Origin: an uncultured Methanomassiliicoccales archaeon
Lineage (GTDB): Archaea > Thermoplasmatota > Thermoplasmata > Methanomassiliicoccales > UBA472
Reading direction: 5' to 3'
Length of the DNA: 64,000 nt
NCBI GenBank assembly: GCA_963695345.1
Contig: OY968769.1
Coordinates: 1,888,001-1,952,000 of the forward strand
This document shows, in pieces, positions 29,992-41,824 of the stretch. Each line of letters opens with the position of its first letter. The stretch's first letter is position 1. Under the pieces are notes generated by a model that saw only the letters and a list, made by a program, of their open reading frames with translations, was not told the DNA's origin and ran no database searches. Made by a program: the position numbers and the translations under genes.

Positions 29992-32900
29992 ATGGGACTC
30001 CTGAACCCTGGCAAAGAGACCGACATCAAAGCGGTCCGGAAAGCACAGAAATCAATGGAAGTTGCAGAGCGTTACATTCTCGCAAAGAACCTCGACGCGG
30101 CCATTTCTGAATTGACCAAGGCACGCGATGCGTTGCTCGGCGTGGCCGCCGAACCGACCCAACAGGCTGTCCTGGTAGAATCGCTGGTTAGACTTTCTAA
30201 GGACTATCTGGACTGCGGGATGACCCTCGACGCGGCCAACGCCGCCGATCTGGCCTTGAAGTCGGCACCGGCCGACCTGACCGCCATGCTGGCATTCGCC
30301 CGGGCACTGGTCAAGAAGGGAGAGGTACCCCAGGCGATCTCGATTCTGGACAAGGCCACCCTGCTACCGGGATCGGACAAGAGCGTCTGGCTTTTCAAAG
30401 CCGATCTTTACGATCAAGAACGGAGGCAGGACATGGTGTTGTTCTGTCTGAAGAAGGCCGCCGAGCTCGATCCGTCCGACGTCACCATCCTCGACCGCAT
30501 GATCCAGAGGTCTGACGATAAGGTTCCTCTGTTGAAAAGGAAGGCCGACCTGCTGGTCTCCCAAGGTCTGAACGAGGAGGCCCTGACCGCGATCGACCAG
30601 GCCGTGATCCTGATGCCCAGGACCGTCGAGCTCATGCTGCGGAAGGGGGAGATCCTGACCCTTCTCAAGCGGAATGACCAGGCCATGCTCATCTACGACG
30701 ACGTCCTGGCACGAGACTCGGCCAACGCCCTGGCACATCTGTACAAGGCCCGCAACTTCAAGGACAAAGGGGACAAGGCCGCCGCCCTGGCCCAATACAA
30801 GGAATCGCTCCGTGCCGATGGCTTGAACAAATTCACCTGGGCGGAGGTCGCCGCACTTCTGTTCGAGATGGGAAGGCTGGAGGAGTCCTCCACCGCCTAC
30901 GACCGGGCCCTGGCAATAGACTCCGAGCTTATCCTGGCGATCAATGGCAAGCTGCAGGTGGCGAAGAAGAACGGAGCAGACGAGGACATGGTCCTTTACG
31001 CGGGCAAGCTTCTCGATAGGAAGGTGGAGGATCGTTCCATCTTCCTTGAACGCATTGATGCCTTGATCAGGCTGGGAAGGTTCGAGGAGGCCTCAGAGAC
31101 GGTCGATCTGGCCATCAAGAGATACCCATCGGATGATGAGCTGCTGGTCAGAAAACGCAAGATCATGCTTCATACCGGGAACACGGAAGAGGTCATTTCC
31201 CTGGCCGAGGCCAGGCTGGCCAAGGAGAAGGATGACTTCCAGGCGCTCTTGGACCTAGGGTCGGCGTACATGAAGGCCACTCGGTTCCGCGATGCCTTGA
31301 AGCCTCTGGAGAGGGCAGCGAAGGTACAGCCCTCCAACGAGGCGCCCCTCATATGCATCAAGGAAGCGTACAAGCACATTGGCAAGGACAAGGACGTTCT
31401 CGATTCGTGCGACCGGATACTGCGGGTAAATCCGGTCAACGAAGGGGCGCTCTTCGACAAGGCGGTCGCCCTGGACCGGATGAACCGGAAGGACGACGCG
31501 GTCGCGCTCTATGAGCAGGTCATGGCGTTGGACCCGGACGACAAGGACAATCTCAAGGACCTTTCCCTGGCGTTGTATTCGATGGGCCGGTTCGAGGAGT
31601 CCCTGGCCAGATCGACATTGGGTACCCAGATGTATCCGAACCAGGTCGCGTTCTGGAGGGTACAGGGGGACAGCAACTTCGCTCTGAAACGCTATGCCGA
31701 CGCGGTCATATCGTTCACCAACGCGGTGAAGCTTTCGCCGGGAGAGAAACGGCTCATCTACTCTCGGGGGCTGGCACTGGAGAACGCCAAACGGTACGAG
31801 GAGGCGGTCGCCTCCTACGACGAGGTGTTGGCGATCGACCCCAAGGACAATGCCGTATGGCTGAGCAAGGGGGTGGCGCTAGAATGGCTGCAACGCCATC
31901 CACAGGCGCTCGACTGTTATGAAGAGGCGATCCGTTTGGACCCCGGCAACAAGTTCGTCCTGGTCCGGATCGGCCAGGTGCTTGCCAAGATGAACGACCA
32001 TGAGGCTGCCATAAAGTCCTTCGAAAAGGCGCTGGAAATGGCCCCCAAGGACATCGGGCTGCTCGAGATGAAGAAGGTCTCGCTGAAACACACTGACCGC
32101 CTGGAGGATTTGGTCAAGATCTGTCAGAGAATAATCAAGCTGGATCCGAAGAACCGGAACGCCTACGTCGACCTAGGGGTGGCATCCCACCGCCTGTCCC
32201 GCTTTGACGACGCCATCGAGTCCTTTGACTCCGCTCTGCGTATCGATCCGGCGAACATCGCCATTCTCCATTACAAGAAGACCTCGGTGGTCGCCAAGGG
32301 CGTGGCCGAGGAGATCATCGAGGTATGCGACTCGATCCTGAAGGTGTCTCCGAGCGACAAGCCTGCCCTCATGGACAAGGCTTTCGCGCTGGAGCGGATG
32401 GGCAGGCTGGCCGAGGCCAACGACACCTACACCATGGCGTTGGCGGTGGACGACCGGGACAAGGAACTGCACAACCGCAAAGGCCTGGTGCTGATCGGCC
32501 TCGGGCGATACGCCGACGCCGTCGTCGAGTTTGACCGAGCCTTTACGCTGGACAATTCCGACCTGATGCCGCTCGACAATAAAGGACGGGCGTATCTTCT
32601 GATGCGCGAGTACGATCGGGCATTGAAGGTCTTCGACGAATGCGTGAGGGGGCAACCTGGCAACCCCCGCTTCCAAAGTGACCGCGGAAGGGCACTGGCA
32701 TCCCTCGGCAACCTGGCCGATGCGGTGGATGCTTTCGATGCCTCCCTGGCGGTGGACAAGAGCGACCCCCAGACCTGGAAGTACAAGGGCAACGTCATGT
32801 TCAAGCTGGGCCAGTTCCAGGACTGCGTGGTCTGCCTGAACCGGGCTTTGGAACTGGGAGCGGAGGAGCAGGGCATCTACAAGGCGAAGGGCCGGGCTCT

Positions 32901-34403
32901 TGAGGAGCTCAAGCATTACAATGACGCGCTGGACTCGTTCCTGAGGGCGGTGGCATTGGACGCCACCGATGCCAGCGCCTGGGAGCGTATTGCGGTCATC
33001 CGATCGCAGCTGGACGATCCGGCCAACGCCTACGAGGCGATCAGGAAGGCACTGGCCTGCGATCCCAAGAACCGGCGCATGCTCATGGAGAAGGGGGACA
33101 TCTGCCAGAAGATTCAGCGTCCGGAGGAGGCCATCAAGAGCTACGATGCGGCCATCGCCCTGGACCCGTCGGACCCGTTCGCCTACTATGGCCAGGGGGT
33201 CTCCTATCTGAAGATGCGGAGATACTCCGATGCCCAGAGTGCCCTGAGAAAGGCCTTGGAGCTCAACCCCAACTTCGACCAGGCTAGGGAGTCGCTGAAG
33301 GCGGCTGACCAGAAGTTGCACGAGATCGAGGTCCTCAACCAGGCCACCAGCGTACTGGAGTGCGAGTACCGGCAGAACCGGCGCATGTCCAAGGAAGAGA
33401 TGTTCAAGGAATGCGGCATTCCATACAATAGCCTGGACGAGGTCTCCTCGTTCCTGGACCAGCGGGAGCCGGTCAATGTCGAACTGATGAACGATGCCGA
33501 CCTGGATCAGTACGAGGAGGATTCCCGCTACGTCCTGATGGCGGCCGCCCGGAACCCGCGGGTCAAGGAGACCGGACTGGGGCTTTCGGACGTCATGATG
33601 GCTCTGCCAGGCAAGGATATCGTCCGGGCGAAGAAGGTCCTCAGCTACGTGGAGCGGGTCAACAAGATGGACCTGAACCACACTATCATGGACGGTCGGA
33701 CCGAGAAGCTGCTGCGGACGGCCATGAACCTGCCCGACGAGAAGCGGAACGTGATGGGGATCATCGAGACGCTGGGGGTGGGCATATACACCGCCCGCCG
33801 ACTCATGGCGGTCATCAAGACGCTGAGGGCCAACGAACCGAAGCAGACTCCGGTGGAGGCCGCGAGGAGGTGCCCCGGCCGAAGCACAAGCCGGTCAACC
33901 CCAAGGAATGGGTGGAATCAGATGAGCCGATCGCGCTGCCGGAACAGAGGCCCAGGAGGGCCCGCCCCGAGGCCGAAGCAGGCACCCGCGGTCGAGTACC
34001 AGGTGGAATCCGGCGTCCCCGTGATGGAGAAGAAGCCGACCCGCGAGCCGATCATGTTCGGGGACGAGCAGAAGGACCTTTACCAGACGTTCTACAATCC
34101 GGAGAAGCGCCCGGCCAAGGTGGACGCCTCGGACGTTCTGGGAAGGAGGTGTCTGTTCCATGGCGAGGCGGCGGTGACCGCCTGCTCCAATTGCTCGTCG
34201 CTGCTGTGCGAGGAGTGCGTCAGGGGAGGGCTGTGCCCTCGCTGCCACGCTCCTATCGAGGGAGCGCCGTCAAGGCCAAGAAGGCGGCGCCGGCGGCGAA
34301 GAAGGACCCCAGGACGATACTTGAAGAAAGCGACGGTGAGGAGCCGCAGGTCGCCGAGGAATCGGAGGAGGACAGGCAATCCAAGGACTGGTCCAGGCTG
34401 TAA
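29992..34403 (+). CDS. Very large TPR-repeat protein with C-terminal zinc finger, frameshifts after about 33870
   Basis: About 30 TPR-like units. CLFHGEAAVTACSNCSSLLCEEC..CPRC near the C-terminus. Confidence 0.88.
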
Positions 34404-34441
34404 ACCCTTTACATCCATCCTAAAAGAGGAGAACCAAGACC

Positions 34442-35754
34442 TCAGTAGTCGAGCAGGTCCGATTTCATGAACTCGCGCAGCATCACGGTGGCGTAGCAGC
34501 CCTTGCCCAGGGTGAACGCTATGTCGACGTTGTCCTCGGCGCATTCCAGCTTGAGGTCCCTGAACGGGGCCAGCAGCTCCCGGCGCGATCCCTTGGAGTT
34601 GCACTCGGCGATCTGGGGCACGATGAAGTCCTTGAGTTGGACCCCTTCCGCTGCTCGACGACCTTGCGCTCTATCTCGCCCATCTCGCCTTCGGCGTACT
34701 TCGACTCTGAACCGAACAGCACTCCGGAGAGGTACGCCTTGCGCTCGCGCACGCTCTTCTCCACCAGGTCCAGGTTGAACTTGGTGACCGGCACCGGCTT
34801 GTCATGGTCCGCATAGCCGGTCCGGTCCGCCGGCAGCACCACGTCGCCGACGATCGGGCGGTCCAGCGGGATGCCCCGTCTGATCCGCTCGCTCAGGATG
34901 AGGTTGAACAGATATGACTGGTAGGCATGGACGAACATCATCTGCAGGTTCGGGGGCAGTGTCCTTATCGCGCCCGACCAATCACCTGGGTTCCGGAGCA
35001 GCCAGCCGATCAGCATGCGCTCGAACGTGAGCGTGCGGGGAAACTCCCTCATGGCCGCCTCGAGGTCCATGGTCTCCTGGAGGCGCTGGCGTGGCAGACG
35101 GGAACATCTCGTCCTCTTCCTCGTTCGGGTTTCCGATGTAGACCATGACCGCCTTCTCGAAGTCGCCCTGCACGATGTGCTTTCCCACCAGATGGGTTAC
35201 CGGCCGTATCGAGCCGAAACGCTGGACCCCGAAGAAGTTGGGGAATCCGCCGAGCGTCTCCAGTTCGCCCCTGGTCTGGGAGACGGGATTCGGCCAGTTC
35301 CGCTCCCTTGAGCGCGGTGTTCCGTCAGCTTGATCTGGAAGGAGTTGCCGATCAGATCGCCGATGGTGATGTGTTTCTTTGAAGCGTAGACATCCTCGAC
35401 TACCGTACCTGATGCATGCTCAACGCCTGGACCGCCTCCACCGGCGCCTCGATGGAGAACAAGCTGGGAAGTGATCGCCCGCTTGTCCTTGGTGCCGGCG
35501 AAGGTGATCTTGTTGCGGGTGATGCCCAGGTTCTTGGAGATCATCCTCACCAGTCGGTTGGTCTCCCAATTGGTGGAGGTGATCTTGGCTATGGCATATC
35601 TGCCATTCTCGGTCCTCTCCGGGTAGATGGAGATCTCATTGACGATGAAGTCCTCGTAATTGACCTTGAGGCGCCCTCCCGTCCCTTTGGTGGAGGTATA
35701 AAAGACCTCAATGCCAATCTCCCGCTCTCGGTTCGGATTCTCGGAATAGACCAT
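34442..35754 (-). CDS. truD: tRNA pseudouridine(13) synthase TruD, frameshifted
   Basis: EDFIVNEI, AGTKDKRAITSQ, GDLIGNSF, PNFFGVQRFG, HAYQSYLFN and FTLGKGCYAT. Confidence 0.93.
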
Positions 35755-35756
35755 GA

Positions 35757-36032
35757 CTACTTCAGGTCCTTTTCGAGCTTCTCTCGAGCTTCCTTGAACT
35801 CGTTGGAAAGCGCCTTGGCCGCTCTCTTCAGAGCCGTTTGGGGCTTGCCGCTCTTGACCTTGACAAATAGTGTTGGGATCTCCAGGTCCGGGTGTCCAGC
35901 GGTGTACTTCACCTCTGAGACCATTTCGTCCTCGAGAAGCTCCTTGACCAGAGGTGAGATCAGGGTCATGTCGGCCTCCTTGATCTGGATAAGGATCGAA
36001 TCCTTGTCCTTCTCTAGCTGTATAATCTCCAT
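35757..36032 (-). CDS. rpoL: RNA polymerase subunit L (Rpo11)
   Basis: Size, YTAGHPDL, KPQTALKRAA. Confidence 0.88.
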   Translation of the reverse strand: MEIIQLEKDKDSILIQIKEADMTLISPLVKELLEDEMVSEVKYTAGHPDLEIPTLFVKVKSGKPQTALKRAAKALSNEFKEAREKLEKDLK

Positions 36033-36473
36033 GAGGGGCACCTATACTAGAGGAGGGTATAAAAGTTTTCATGCGGACATTTATTTGACTGGGTTGTTCT
36101 CCGGAAGACCGCTCCCACCTGTCCACTTGCACAGAAAGGACGGGTTGGATATCACACGTCCCCTCCAGTGCGCCGTTCCGTTGGACGAACACAGAAGCAA
36201 CATCGTCAGGGAAAGGAGGAAAGGCCTACGACCTCCGTCCGGAATGAGAACGAGGGCGGGAGGGCCCTGTGTCCTGCTTTTCCCATGTTAGAACCGATGT
36301 TGCTCGTTGGTCCCCCAAACGCCGAACAGTGCTTGGACCTTCGACATGATTCGACCGGGGTGATGCCATTCACCCGCATTGGAACCTCGATTCACAACAA
36401 AGAATTAAACCTGCAACATCATCCATATCCGCTAGACCTTATTCGTATTGTTTAGGCGGACGGAGGAGAGCAT

Positions 36474-39401
36474 TTGGCAAATCATCTAAGGAACGCAAAG
36501 ACCACGATCATTGTTTTGATGTTGATCTCAAGCGCATTCGTTGTTGCCTCCAGCGCAACTGAGGGGGCGACGCTCTCTACCACGTCATACCGGTATGAAA
36601 CGATCAACGGAACAGAGGTCAGGATCACCGATTACATAGGGCAAGGCGGGGTGGTCGCCATACCGGATTCCTTGGGCGGCAAGCCCGTTACCGAGATCGG
36701 GGATTCGGCGTTCTCCGATAGCACGAGAATAACCTCAGTCTCGATCCCATCCACGGTCAGGCTCATCGACGATTACGCGTTCGCCTATTCAGACATGATC
36801 GCCAGCGTGGTCATCGGGTCCAACGTTTCGGTCATCGGGAACTACTCTTTCTTCCACTGCATCTCCCTATCGTCAATATCGGTCCCTTCGTCGGTCTCTT
36901 ACATAGGAAGCTCCGCGTTCGCTGATTGCACCATAATGGCATCAATCGATGTGAACTCGTCGAACGCGGCATATTCCAGTGTAAGTGGTGTGCTCTACGA
37001 CAAGGCACATTCAATATTGATCCAATGCCCCTCTGGCAAGGTCGGGCCGGTCACGATCGAGAACGGTGTCACAAGCATTGGCGCGCAGGCTTTCTACTCC
37101 TGCCGCCTCATGACCTCAGTGGCCATACCCAACACCGTCAGCACGATAGAATTTGAGGCATTCTATTATTGTAATGGCTTGACGTCGGTGACGATCCCAG
37201 CCAGCGTCACCTATCTTTCCTTTGCCATATTCTACTCCTGCAGTTCAATGACATCCATCAGCGTGGATCTGTCCAACCCGAGCTTCAGCAGCATCGATGG
37301 CGTGCTTTACAACAAAGCCGCCACCACCTTGATCCAGTATCCTATCGGCAGGACCGGGGCCTTCACCGTCCCGGGCGGTGTCACTTCGATCGGCAGCATG
37401 GCTTTCTATAACTGCGCAAACCTGACCTCAGTGACGATCCCTAACGGGGTCACCAGAATAGACAGTTACGCGTTCCAGAACTGCAAGAGCCTGACCTCTG
37501 TGTCCATCCCGGGCAGTGTCACCGTGATCGCGTACCAGGCTTTCTCCGCCTGCATTTCCCTGACCTCAGTGACGATCCCTAACGGGGTAACCACATTGGG
37601 AGGGTATGTATTCGCGTACTGTGAAGCCCTGACTTCGATCAATGTACCATCGAGCGTTGCATCGATAGGCGACATGGTGTTCGGTTATTGCAATTCGCTA
37701 ACCGGCATCAGCGTGGACCCAGGAAGCCTCATGTTTGCCGGAATCGACGGCGTGCTGTACAATAAAGCCACCACCACCCTGATTGCCTATCCGGCGGGAA
37801 AGCAAGGCGCATTCACTGTTCCGGAAACGGTCAAGACGATCAAGGACCGGGCGTTCTCCAACTGCGATGCCTTGACATCGGTGGTCATAGGGAGCAACGT
37901 GACCGTGATCGGGAACTACACGTTCTACTATTGCACGGACCTGAAATCGGTCGTCATCTCCAACAGTGTATCCTACATCGGAAACAGTGCATTCTACTAC
38001 TGTCGGAACATGACCTCCCTCAGCCTGGGCACGAACGTGACAACGATAGGCGTGGAAGCGTTCAATAACTGCAACTCGCTGACCGCCGTGACGATCCCGG
38101 GGAAGACAAGCTCGATCGGTGCCCAGGCGTTCGGTACCTGCCAGGCTTTGAGCTCCATAGGGGTGGCTGATGGAAATATCAAGTATTCCAGTGACGACGG
38201 CGTTCTCTATGACAAGAACGTGTCGACATTGATCCAGTGTCCGGGCGGCAGGTCCGGTGCGGTCACTATACCGGCCAATGTCACAAGGATAGAGGAGCGC
38301 GCATTCTCCGGATGCTCCCGCCTCGCCTCAGTGACCATACCAAGTGGCACCACCGAGATCGGGGACGGCGCATTCTCCGGATGTTATGCATTGAGCTCCA
38401 TCGAAGTGCCCAGCAGTGTCACCTCCATCGGGGACGGGGCCTTTTCCGGCCTGACCTCGCTGGATCACATCGATGTCAAGGGCGGCAACAAGAACTATGC
38501 CAGTGTGAACGGGGTACTGTTCGACAAGAAGGTCGACACATTGATCGCCTTCCCCTGTGCCAAGACCGGGTACTTCGCCATACCGAAAAGCGTCACCAAG
38601 ATCGGGGACTCCGCTTTCTTCCTGTGCAATCTGACCTCGGTCATTATCCCCAGCAGCGTGGCGGAGATCGGGGAGCGGGCGTTCACCAGCTGCCATCAGT
38701 TGACCCAGATGCAGTTCGATGGGAACACGCCCATATGCGATAAGGACTGGGTGTCATCGGAGAACGCCGCTCTGAAGATAAGCTACATCAACGGGACCTC
38801 CGAGTTCACCAGCCCGACCTGGTTCGGTGTAACGACCGTGGCCATGTTCCCGGTCACTGGAAACATCGTCGATGTCAACGGGAAGGGTCTGGCGAATCTG
38901 ACGGTAGCTCTGGAGAACGGCGCATCGGTGATCACCGAAGCCAACGGCAGCTTCACCATCCACGCCACCCCGGGCACCCATTCTCTCAGCATCAGCGGCG
39001 CCGGGATCGACAGAAGGACGGTGGAGGCGAAGGTGACCGGAACCGGCCTGGCCATGGGAAATATCGTCATCGGGAACAACGGATTGGACCTCGGACTATT
39101 GATCCTCATCCTGATAGGGGCGATCGCCATCATCCTGGTCCTGGTTATGGTTTTGATGAAGAGGCGCAGAGGTAGAACCCCGACGGTAATATCTGGTTCT
39201 TCGACCAACAAGCCCTGGAAAGAAGAGCCGGAGAACCAGCCGCCGAAGGTCGATGCCCCTTCCCAATCAGGGCCCGTAGGAACCGCGCCGGGTCCATCGC
39301 AGGATCAGGTCATGGGCTGTCCAAATTGCGGGACGGCAACCAATGGAACCCCTTTCTGCGGGAACTGCGGCAAGAAACTGGACGAGCAGGTTCAAGGGTA
39401 G
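36474..39401 (+). CDS. BspA-like leucine-rich-repeat surface protein with TM and C-terminal zinc ribbon
   Basis: Repeated LTSVTIPxxVTxIGxxAFxxC and SIDGVLYNK units, TM, CPNCG..FCGNCG. Confidence 0.92.
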   Translation: MANHLRNAKTTIIVLMLISSAFVVASSATEGATLSTTSYRYETINGTEVRITDYIGQGGVVAIPDSLGGKPVTEIGDSAFSDSTRITSVSIPSTVRLIDDYAFAYSDMIASVVIGSNVSVIGNYSFFHCISLSSISVPSSVSYIGSSAFADCTIMASIDVNSSNAAYSSVSGVLYDKAHSILIQCPSGKVGPVTIENGVTSIGAQAFYSCRLMTSVAIPNTVSTIEFEAFYYCNGLTSVTIPASVTYLSFAIFYSCSSMTSISVDLSNPSFSSIDGVLYNKAATTLIQYPIGRTGAFTVPGGVTSIGSMAFYNCANLTSVTIPNGVTRIDSYAFQNCKSLTSVSIPGSVTVIAYQAFSACISLTSVTIPNGVTTLGGYVFAYCEALTSINVPSSVASIGDMVFGYCNSLTGISVDPGSLMFAGIDGVLYNKATTTLIAYPAGKQGAFTVPETVKTIKDRAFSNCDALTSVVIGSNVTVIGNYTFYYCTDLKSVVISNSVSYIGNSAFYYCRNMTSLSLGTNVTTIGVEAFNNCNSLTAVTIPGKTSSIGAQAFGTCQALSSIGVADGNIKYSSDDGVLYDKNVSTLIQCPGGRSGAVTIPANVTRIEERAFSGCSRLASVTIPSGTTEIGDGAFSGCYALSSIEVPSSVTSIGDGAFSGLTSLDHIDVKGGNKNYASVNGVLFDKKVDTLIAFPCAKTGYFAIPKSVTKIGDSAFFLCNLTSVIIPSSVAEIGERAFTSCHQLTQMQFDGNTPICDKDWVSSENAALKISYINGTSEFTSPTWFGVTTVAMFPVTGNIVDVNGKGLANLTVALENGASVITEANGSFTIHATPGTHSLSISGAGIDRRTVEAKVTGTGLAMGNIVIGNNGLDLGLLILILIGAIAIILVLVMVLMKRRRGRTPTVISGSSTNKPWKEEPENQPPKVDAPSQSGPVGTAPGPSQDQVMGCPNCGTATNGTPFCGNCGKKLDEQVQG

Positions 39402-39448
39402 CCCGATCGCGATCGAACATCGAGGAGCACGGCTTCGGCTGCTCCCGA

Positions 39449-41458
39449 TCATAGTTCGGCCAATCGCAGTTCCACGACGAAGGACGCACCCAAGGACGGA
39501 CTCCCAGGCACTCTGTCCTCCACGCTGACCTTGCCGTGGTATTTCTGGATCAGGGCGGAGACGATCGAAAGGCCGATCCCGGTGCTCTTTGCCACCTTGC
39601 CGGTCGGCTCGGAGAATCCCCTTTCAAAGACCAGCCCTTTGTTTTCGTCTGGTATTCCGGGCCCTTCGTCCTCCACTGTGATCTTGACCAGGCCATTCTC
39701 GATGGTGTCATGGACCCGAATGACCACCGGCCTCGGCATTGAATGCTTCATCGCGTTGGTGACAAGGTTCGTGAATAGATGATGGAGGGCGTTATCGGCC
39801 ATGACGTTCACGCTTCCGATTCCGTCGGGCACGATCAGTTCCACCGCACCGCCGTTATACCGGCTGATGGATACATCAACGGAATTTTTTATCTCATGCA
39901 TCAGGGGGACCGACATCAGACAATCGGTCTTGGTGTTCTTGGCGTACATGAGAACCCTGACGTCCTTGATGAACTCATTAAGCGCATCATCGCTGATCAT
40001 GATGCGGTCCAGGTACTCCCGCCCTTTGGCTTCGCCATACTCCCTTTTCTTAAGCAGGTCCAGATATGCCTTCATGGGGACCAGGTAATTGGAGATGTCG
40101 TGGAGTAGGATATCGTTGAAAAGCGAGAGCTGCTCCTTTGACTTGCGGAGGCTCTCGGCCAGACCTATGTTCTCATAGGCATATCCAAGCATGGAGATCA
40201 CCCCCACCATGGCATCCTTCTGGTTCTGGGAAAGGGCTATCTCTTTCTCGGATCCGATGCAGATGTATCCGACAACCCCTCCCTTTCCCCTAAGTGGGAG
40301 AAGCCCCAAACTCCTCAATCCACCTCCAAACGGTACCGCCTCGATCATCAGGTCATCTGGAAAATAGACCGGTTCATAGAAGTCCTCGATCTTGCCCGTT
40401 ATCCATTTATTGATCTCCTCAAACGCCAACCTATCGCCGACGATGGCCAGGGGGGCACTGCCATTCTCCGATCCCAGGTCCATGGCGAACCCCTCCTCGT
40501 GGCCATACATCCTGAGGATATGGTCCAGGGCGCTTTTCATCATCGAATGGGAATCCACCGATGTGGAGGTCAGTAGGGAGATGGTGTGTTCGATCTCCAG
40601 CATCATGCTCATCGAATGGTAGAGGGATTCCAGCTGGAACTTCGAGGTGATGTCATGGCCGATCGCCAGGACCCCGGAGACCGATCCGTCACTTTCCTTC
40701 ACCGCGCTCAAGTACCACGAGACGACCATCTTCAGGCCATCCTTTGTCCATGCGGTCGATTCGATTCCCCGGCGTCCTTCGCCCTCGCTGGATGCGACGA
40801 TGCCCTGCATGGCATCGATCACATGGGAGTCTACGATGTCCAGGAGCCTGATGTCCTTTCCTACCACGGAACCTTCCGGATACTTCAGGCTTTCTTTGAA
40901 CCCTCTGTTCGCCAATGAAATGACCAGGTCCCGGTTCAGGACCAATACTATGCTGGTGCTTTCACTGACCAGATCGAAATACTTCCTTTGTTCGGCAGTG
41001 AACCTGCTCTCGAGAACCTTCAGGCCGGTCAGGTCCCTGATGAAAGCGGTGATCAAATCCCTTCCATCATCTGTTTTTAAAGTAGATGTCACAATATCGC
41101 AGGTCATCCGTTTCCCAGATTTTGCCATCAGGTCCAAAATGTAGCGATGCTGGACCCCAACGTCCATCGCGGGGAGCCGCAATTGGTTCTTGATGATTTC
41201 GTGCGAATCCTCGGTAATGAATTCAAGGACGTTCATGCCTACGATTTCATTCGCGGTGAAGCCGACCAGTTCGTCGAGGGCATGGTTCGAATAAACTACG
41301 ACTCCAGAACGTTCGAGGATGGCTATCGCTTCCGGTGAACTTGACACCACGGTCTTGAAGTCGAGTACCGTCATCGGTCGTGAACCTTCAGGGAAGGTGT
41401 CAGGGGCCATTTTGGTGATATTGTCTTGGGTGTACGTATCATTATCGATACTGGCCAT
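39449..41458 (-). CDS. PAS/GAF sensor histidine kinase
   Basis: Two PAS domains, GAF-like region, HDISN, NLVTNAMKH, DEGPGI, STGIGLS. Confidence 0.92.
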   Translation of the reverse strand: MASIDNDTYTQDNITKMAPDTFPEGSRPMTVLDFKTVVSSSPEAIAILERSGVVVYSNHALDELVGFTANEIVGMNVLEFITEDSHEIIKNQLRLPAMDVGVQHRYILDLMAKSGKRMTCDIVTSTLKTDDGRDLITAFIRDLTGLKVLESRFTAEQRKYFDLVSESTSIVLVLNRDLVISLANRGFKESLKYPEGSVVGKDIRLLDIVDSHVIDAMQGIVASSEGEGRRGIESTAWTKDGLKMVVSWYLSAVKESDGSVSGVLAIGHDITSKFQLESLYHSMSMMLEIEHTISLLTSTSVDSHSMMKSALDHILRMYGHEEGFAMDLGSENGSAPLAIVGDRLAFEEINKWITGKIEDFYEPVYFPDDLMIEAVPFGGGLRSLGLLPLRGKGGVVGYICIGSEKEIALSQNQKDAMVGVISMLGYAYENIGLAESLRKSKEQLSLFNDILLHDISNYLVPMKAYLDLLKKREYGEAKGREYLDRIMISDDALNEFIKDVRVLMYAKNTKTDCLMSVPLMHEIKNSVDVSISRYNGGAVELIVPDGIGSVNVMADNALHHLFTNLVTNAMKHSMPRPVVIRVHDTIENGLVKITVEDEGPGIPDENKGLVFERGFSEPTGKVAKSTGIGLSIVSALIQKYHGKVSVEDRVPGSPSLGASFVVELRLAEL

Positions 41459-41480
41459 ACAAGGCGTTGATATCGTTTCC

Positions 41481-41819
<339 letters not shown>

Positions 41820-41824
41820 TCACC

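Noticed and set aside
32173-33681. Long antisense ORFs (also 20943-22112, 41846-42760, 50230-51177)
   Set aside because: Shadow ORFs of GC-rich genuine genes, with no recognisable motifs.
36215-36230. GGAGGAAAGGCC as an RNase P P4 5' strand
   Set aside because: No complementary 3' P4 strand or other conserved regions at the expected spacing.
36474-38760. DNA-level repeats such as CTGACCTCAGTGACGATCCCTAACGGGGT
   Set aside because: Explained by the BspA leucine-rich protein repeats.
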